A stretch of 64,000 nucleotides of DNA, from assembly GCA_963842525.1 (NCBI GenBank), contig CAWJGT010000003.1:1568001-1632000 (forward strand), read 5' to 3'. A program made the translations under genes and the position numbers. The notes beneath the pieces are model-generated. The model made no database searches, was not told the DNA's origin, and worked only from the letters and a program-made list of their open reading frames with translations. This document shows positions 58,623-64,000 of this stretch, in pieces. Each line of letters starts with the position of its first letter. The stretch's first letter is position 1. Source of the DNA: an uncultured Holophagales bacterium. GTDB lineage: Bacteria; Acidobacteriota; Thermoanaerobaculia; Multivoradales; UBA5704.

Positions 58623-61143
58623 ATGACGCCTGATTTCATGGTGAGTCGCCGAGAGCCTCGCCTGCCGGGGAGCCCACGCACCCGGCCGGTGCTCCTGCGC
58701 CGTGTCCTGGCGCTCTCCCTCCTCCCCTTCCTGATCTCCGGAGGCGTCCCTGTGCCCCGGGCGTCCGCTCAGCCCATGGCCCCCCCGGTGGCCCAGGCAC
58801 CGTCGGCGGACGGGCAGGCGATCCAGGCGATCGAGATGCGAGGGGTCCAGGCCCTGTCCGAGGAGACGCTGCTCTTCTATCTCGGGCTCCAGGCGGGACA
58901 GACGCTCGACGAAGCACAGCTCAACAAGAAGATCAAGGAGCTGTGGGACCGCGGCCTCGTCGACGACCTCAAGGTCGAAACCGAGCCCGCCCAGGGCGGC
59001 GTCAAGCTGATCATCACGGTCAAGGAGCGGCCGACCCTGCGCTCGGTCGACTACCAGGGCCTGAAGCGGATCTCCAAGACCGACATCCAGGACAAGCTGT
59101 CCACCCAGCGCATCCGGCTGCGCGAAGGCGAGCCGATGAGCCTGGGCGAGCTGGAGCGGGTCAACGCCCTCATCGAGGAGATGTACGCCGAGAAGGGCTA
59201 CCGCTTCGCCGAGGCCCGCTATGCGGTCGAGGACATCGGCCCCAACGAAAAGAGGGTGACCTTCACCGTCGACGAGGGCGGCCGGGTGCGCATCGCCGAG
59301 ATCGAGTTCGAGGGCAACACGGTCTACAGCGACATCCACCTCCAGTACCTGATGCGCAATACCCGCCAGAGCGGCCCCATCACCCGGATCCTCAAGAAGG
59401 ACATCTACGATCCGGCCAAGCTCCAGGAGGACCTGGACCGCATCCGCAAGCTCTACCGCGGCTCCGGCTTCAAGAACGTGGTCATCGGCGATCCCCAGCT
59501 CGACGTGCGGGCGACCAACCCGAACGCCAAGCCGGAAGACCAGAAGCGCCGCATGTTCCTCACCGTCCCCATCGAGGAGGGCGAGCGCTGGAAGTTCGGC
59601 GAGGTGACGATCGAGGGCAACGAGATCTACACCGACCAGGCGTTGCTGCGCGCCTTCAAGCACCGCCCGAGCTGCCTGGCTGCGCCAGAAGGCGGTCGAC
59701 GACGGCGTCAAGTCGATCACCGACCTCTACCACAACACGGGCTACATCTTCGCCCGCATCGAGCCGGAGCTGGTCGAGAAGCCCGGCCAGGTCGCCGACC
59801 TGGTGATCCACATCAACGAGAGCGACCAGTACCGGGTGGGGCGGATCGAGTTCCAGGGCAACGAGCGCACCATGGACAAGGTGCTGCGGCGCGAGCTGCG
59901 GCTCTGGGAGGGCGGCCTCGTCAACATCGGCGCGGTCCGCAACAGCGTCCTCAAGGTCAACCAGCTCGGCTACTTCAAGCTGGACGAGGAAGATCCGGTC
60001 CAGATCGACACCGACACCGAGAAGAAGGAGGTCAGCCTCGTCTTCAAGGGAGAAGAGGCCGACCGCACCGAGCTGCAGTTCGGCGGCGGCTGGAGCGAGC
60101 TCGACGGCTTCTTCGGCCAGTTCGCGATCAACACCAAGAACTTCCTCGGCCGCGGTGAGCAGGTGGGCGTGTCGTTCCAGAGCGGCCGATTCCGCGACTT
60201 CTTCGACCTGTCGTATTTCATCCCGTGGTTCCTCGACCGGCCGCAGACCATCGGCTTGCGCGTCTACAATCAGGACACCAACTTCGGGCTGTTCGACGAC
60301 CAGCAGCGCTATCTGCGCAACAGCCAGGGCGCCGTCCTGACCTACGGCCGGAACTTCCGGCTCTTCCAGTCGGCGAGCATGAGCTACAACCGGTCCAAGT
60401 ACGAGGACGAGTACCGCTTCGTGGTGCCGGCGCCGCTGCCGGGCGATCCGCCGCCGGGACCCAACGACCCCGTCCCGGGCACCACGCAGATCACGAACAT
60501 CACCCTGGACAACTCGTCGCTGCGGCCGGTGTACATGTACGACAGCCGGGACAACCCGTTCGAGACGACCCGCGGCCAGCGCTTGAGCCTGGCGACGGAG
60601 TACGCCGGCGGCTTTCTGGGTGGCGACACCTACTTCATCCGGCCGGAGATCACGTACAGCCTGTTCAAGCCGACGGCGAGCTATCCGGTGCGCCAGGTGT
60701 TCGCGATCAACGTCGAGGGCGGCATGATCGATGCGTTCGGGGGCAAGAAGCTGCAGCCGTACGAGCGGTTCTTCCTCGGCGGCGAAAACACCATCCGCGG
60801 CCACCGCTACAAGTCGATCTACCTGCGCAATGCCAACGGTGAGCCGCTGAAGGACGAGCAGGGGTTCATCCTCGGCGGCGAGCAATACGTCCAGCTCAAC
60901 CTGGAGTACCATTTCCTGCTCGGCGGCCCCTTCCGCGTGCTCGCGTTCGTCGACGGCGGCAACGTCTACGGCGGGGGACAGTCCTTCGATTTGTCGCGCC
61001 TGCGCTATACCGCGGGCGCCGAGCTGCGCGTGCTGATCCCCATGTTCGGAGCGCCGCTGCGCTTCATCTACGCCACGAACCTGGACCCGCAGCCGCAAGA
61101 CAGCTTCGAGAGCTTCCAGTTCAGTATTGGATCGAGCTTCTAA
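58623..61143 (+). CDS. bamA: Outer-membrane protein assembly factor BamA
   Basis: POTRA repeats, VLRREL, NFLGRG, FFLGGENTIRG, FQFSIGSSF. Frameshift near 59680; start uncertain. Confidence 0.92.
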
Positions 61144-61161
61144 AACCAAGGAGAGAGAGCT

Positions 61162-61737
61162 ATGCCGTTCATCCGTCCGCTGACACGCACCACGCTCGGG
61201 CTCGCTGTGGCCCTGGCGGTTGCGGCCCCGTTCGCCGCGACCGCCCAGGCGCCGGCGAGTGGCCTGAAGATCGCGGTGATCGATACCGAAAAGATCCTCA
61301 CCACCTCCCAGATGGGCAAGAAAGTCCTCGCCGACCTCAAGAAGCTCCAGGAGCAGAAGGAGGGCGAGGTCCGCGCCAAGCAGCAGGAGATCAAGGACAT
61401 GCAGGCCAAGCTCAACGACGGCCGCCTGTCCCTGGCCCAGGACAAGCTCACCGACATGGAGAAGCAGCTCGAGGACAAGGTCATCGCCCTGCGCCGTCTC
61501 CAGGACGATGCCGCCCGCGACTTGAACAAGAAGCGCGACGAGGTGCTCGCCCAGGTCGATCAGAAGGTGATGCCGGTGATCAACCAGGCCGGCAAGGAGC
61601 TTGGCTACACCCTGATCTTCCGCAAATTCGAGAGCGGCCTCATCTACGCCGACGAGGCGATCGACATCACGACCTCGATCATCCAGCGGCTGGATGGGGC
61701 TGCCGGCGCCGCGGCGCCGGGCAAGGGCGGCCAGTAA
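61162..61737 (+). CDS. skp: OmpH/Skp chaperone
   Basis: Signal peptide, KIAVID, coiled coil, IDIT; located after bamA. Confidence 0.9.
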   Translation: MPFIRPLTRTTLGLAVALAVAAPFAATAQAPASGLKIAVIDTEKILTTSQMGKKVLADLKKLQEQKEGEVRAKQQEIKDMQAKLNDGRLSLAQDKLTDMEKQLEDKVIALRRLQDDAARDLNKKRDEVLAQVDQKVMPVINQAGKELGYTLIFRKFESGLIYADEAIDITTSIIQRLDGAAGAAAPGKGGQ

Positions 61738-61741
61738 GCAC

Positions 61742-62794
61742 GTGGCCCACCGGCTGGCGGAGCTCGCCGAGCTGGTCGGAGGCCGGATCGAAGGTGACCC
61801 GGAACGGGCCGTCGAGACGATCCGGCCGCTCGACACCGCCGGCCCACGCGACCTCTCCTTCCTGACCCACGTCCGCTATCGCGCCCAGGCGCTGGCGAGC
61901 CAGGCCGGGGCCCTGCTCGTGGGCCCCGAGCCGCCGCCCGAGCTGCGGGGGCCGCGACCTGCTGGTCGTCGATGACCCCGGCTATGCCCTCGCCCGGTTG
62001 CTGCGCCTCCTCGATCCGGGCTCCACGCCGGAGCCGGGGGTCCACCCGACGGCGATCGTGGAGCCGGGCTGCGCCGTGGACCCCACGGCCCACGTCGGCC
62101 CCTATGCCGTGATCGGCGCCGGGAGCCGCATCGGCGCGCGGGCGGCGCGTGCACCCGCACGTGGTCCTCGGAGCACGTTGCGCGGTGGGGGAGGGGGCCG
62201 TGCTCCACCCGCACGCCGTGCTCTACGACGGCACCGAGATCGGCCCCAACACGGTCGTCCACGCCGGCGCCGTGCTGGGCAGCCGACGGCTTCGGCTACG
62301 CCACCCACGGCGGCGTGCACCACAAGGTGCCGCAGATCGGCCGCGTGGTGGTGGAGGAGGACGTCGAGATCGGCGCCAACACCACCCTCGACCGTGCCAC
62401 CCTGGGGGAGACCCGGATCGGCGCGGGCACCAAGATCGACAACCTCGTCCAGGTCGGTCACAACGTCCGGGTCGGCCGGCACTGTATCCTGTGCGGGCAG
62501 GCGGGCATCGCCGGCAGCACGCGCCTGGGCGACTATGTCGTCCTCGCCGGGCAGGCCGGCGTTTCGGGACACATCGAGCTGGGCGACGGCGCCCAGGTCG
62601 CGGCCAAATCGGCGGCCCTGACCTCGGTCGAGCCGGGCACCCAGGTGGCGGGCATCCCCGCGATCGAGCTCCGCAAATGGCGCCGCCAGGCCGTCCTGCT
62701 GGCGCGCCTGGAGGAGATGAGCCGCCGCCTGCGCGCGCTCGAAAAAGAGGCGCAGGGCCGGACGGAGCCGGGAGACCGAGGAGGGACGACGTGA
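61742..62794 (+). CDS. lpxD: UDP-3-O-acylglucosamine N-acyltransferase
   Basis: [44 protein letters not shown]; frameshifts near 61950, 62140 and 62283. Confidence 0.92.
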
Positions 62795-63278
62795 CCGAGA
62801 TCACCGAGACAATCGAGACGACCGAGACGAAACCGAGTGGGCCGCCGTGGGACATCGAATGGATCCTGTCCGTGATCCCGCACCGCTATCCGATCCTGCT
62901 CGTCGACCGCGTGCTGGAGATGGAGCCGAAGAAGCGGATCGTGGCGATCAAGAACGTCACCATCAACGAGCAGGTCTTCCTCGGCCACTTCCCCGGCCGG
63001 CCCGTGTTGCCGGGGGTCTACCTGATCGAAGGCATGGCCCAGGCCGGCGGCCTGCTCCTCCTGCACGACCTGCCGCAACGGGAGGCAAGCTCCTCTACTT
63101 CGCCGGGATCGAGCAGGCCAAGTTCCGCCGGCCCGTGGTCCCGGGAGACCAGGTCCGCTACGAGATCGAGGTGCTCCGGCTCCGCTCGACCTTCTGCAAA
63201 GTCGCGGGCAGGGCGCTGGTGGACGGCGAGCTGGCCGCCGAGGCCGTGCTCTCCACGGCCATGGTGGACCGCGGATGA
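62791..63278 (+). CDS. fabZ: 3-hydroxyacyl-ACP dehydratase
   Basis: [46 protein letters not shown]; frameshift near 63085. Confidence 0.93.
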
Positions 63279-64000
63279 GCGCGAGGGTCCATCCGTTGGC
63301 GGTGGTCGATCCCGGCGCCGTCCTGGCCGATGGCGTCGAGGTCGGCCCCTTCGCCGTGATCGGACCCGAGGTGGAGATCGGCGACGGCACCGAGGTGGGC
63401 GCCGGGGCCAAGGTCCTGGGCCCGGCGAAGATCGGCCGCGAGAACCGGATCTTCCCCAATGCGACGATCGGCTTCGAGCCGCAGGACCTCAAGTTCCGCG
63501 GCGAACGGGTCTGGCCTGGAGATCGGCGACAACAACCAGTTCCGGGAGTTCTGCACGATCCACCGCGGCACCTCCAAAGGGGGCGGCGTCACCCGGATCG
63601 GCAGCGACAACCTCTTCATGGCCTATACCCACGTGGCGCACGACTGCCAGGTGGGGAGCCGGACCATCTTCGCCAACAACGCGACCCTGGCCGGCCATGT
63701 CGAGGTGCACGACGACGCCAGCATCAGCGCCTTCACCTCCATCCACCAGTTCTGCCGGGTGGGGAGGCACGCCTATGTCGGCGGCTACAGCGTGGTGGTC
63801 ATGGACGCCCTGCCCTTCGTCAAGACGGTCGGCCTGAAACCTGCCTTCTACGGCCTCAACTCGATCGGCCTCAAGCGTAAGGGAGTCGATCCCGAGACCA
63901 TCCGCCGCCTCGACCGCGCCTTGCGCATCCTGGTCCGCTCGGGGCTGAACACCTCGCAGGCCCTGGCGCGCATCCGCGAAGAGCTGGCCGGCGACCCCGA
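63275..64000 (+). CDS. lpxA: UDP-N-acetylglucosamine acyltransferase, 3' end outside the window
   Basis: [55 protein letters not shown]; frameshift near 63510. Confidence 0.94.

Overview
High-GC bacterial window. The lysS-lolC/E-lolD-clpC-bamA-skp-lpxD-fabZ-lpxA order suggests Acidobacteriota (inference only). It has five parts. (i) 1-21301: a minus-strand lipopeptide NRPS-PKS line (FAAL-ACP, six C-A-T modules, then a KS running off the window edge). (ii) 21.7-28.3 kb: housekeeping and hypothetical genes (ribE, ltaE, ridA, hpt). (iii) A putative uncharacterised lipid/isoprenoid-modifying gene set in two converging blocks: GNAT-like, OleC-like ligase, sulfatase-fold, UbiA-like and PEP-utilising kinase at 28.3-37.5 kb; DUF3419/BtaA-like and polyprenol-kinase-like at 48.9-51.3 kb. 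(iv) Between those blocks, an accessory region with a Ser/Thr kinase, an FHA-sigma54 activator, an FG-GAP protein, a ~21-bp-phased hexamer array and a mosaic Uma2 tandem. (v) 52.3-64 kb: core envelope genes. A palindromic repeat family sits at gene junctions and either supplies start codons or is read in frame. Frameshifts also break essential genes, so most are probably sequencing indels. All calls come from motif recognition by eye; no searches were run.
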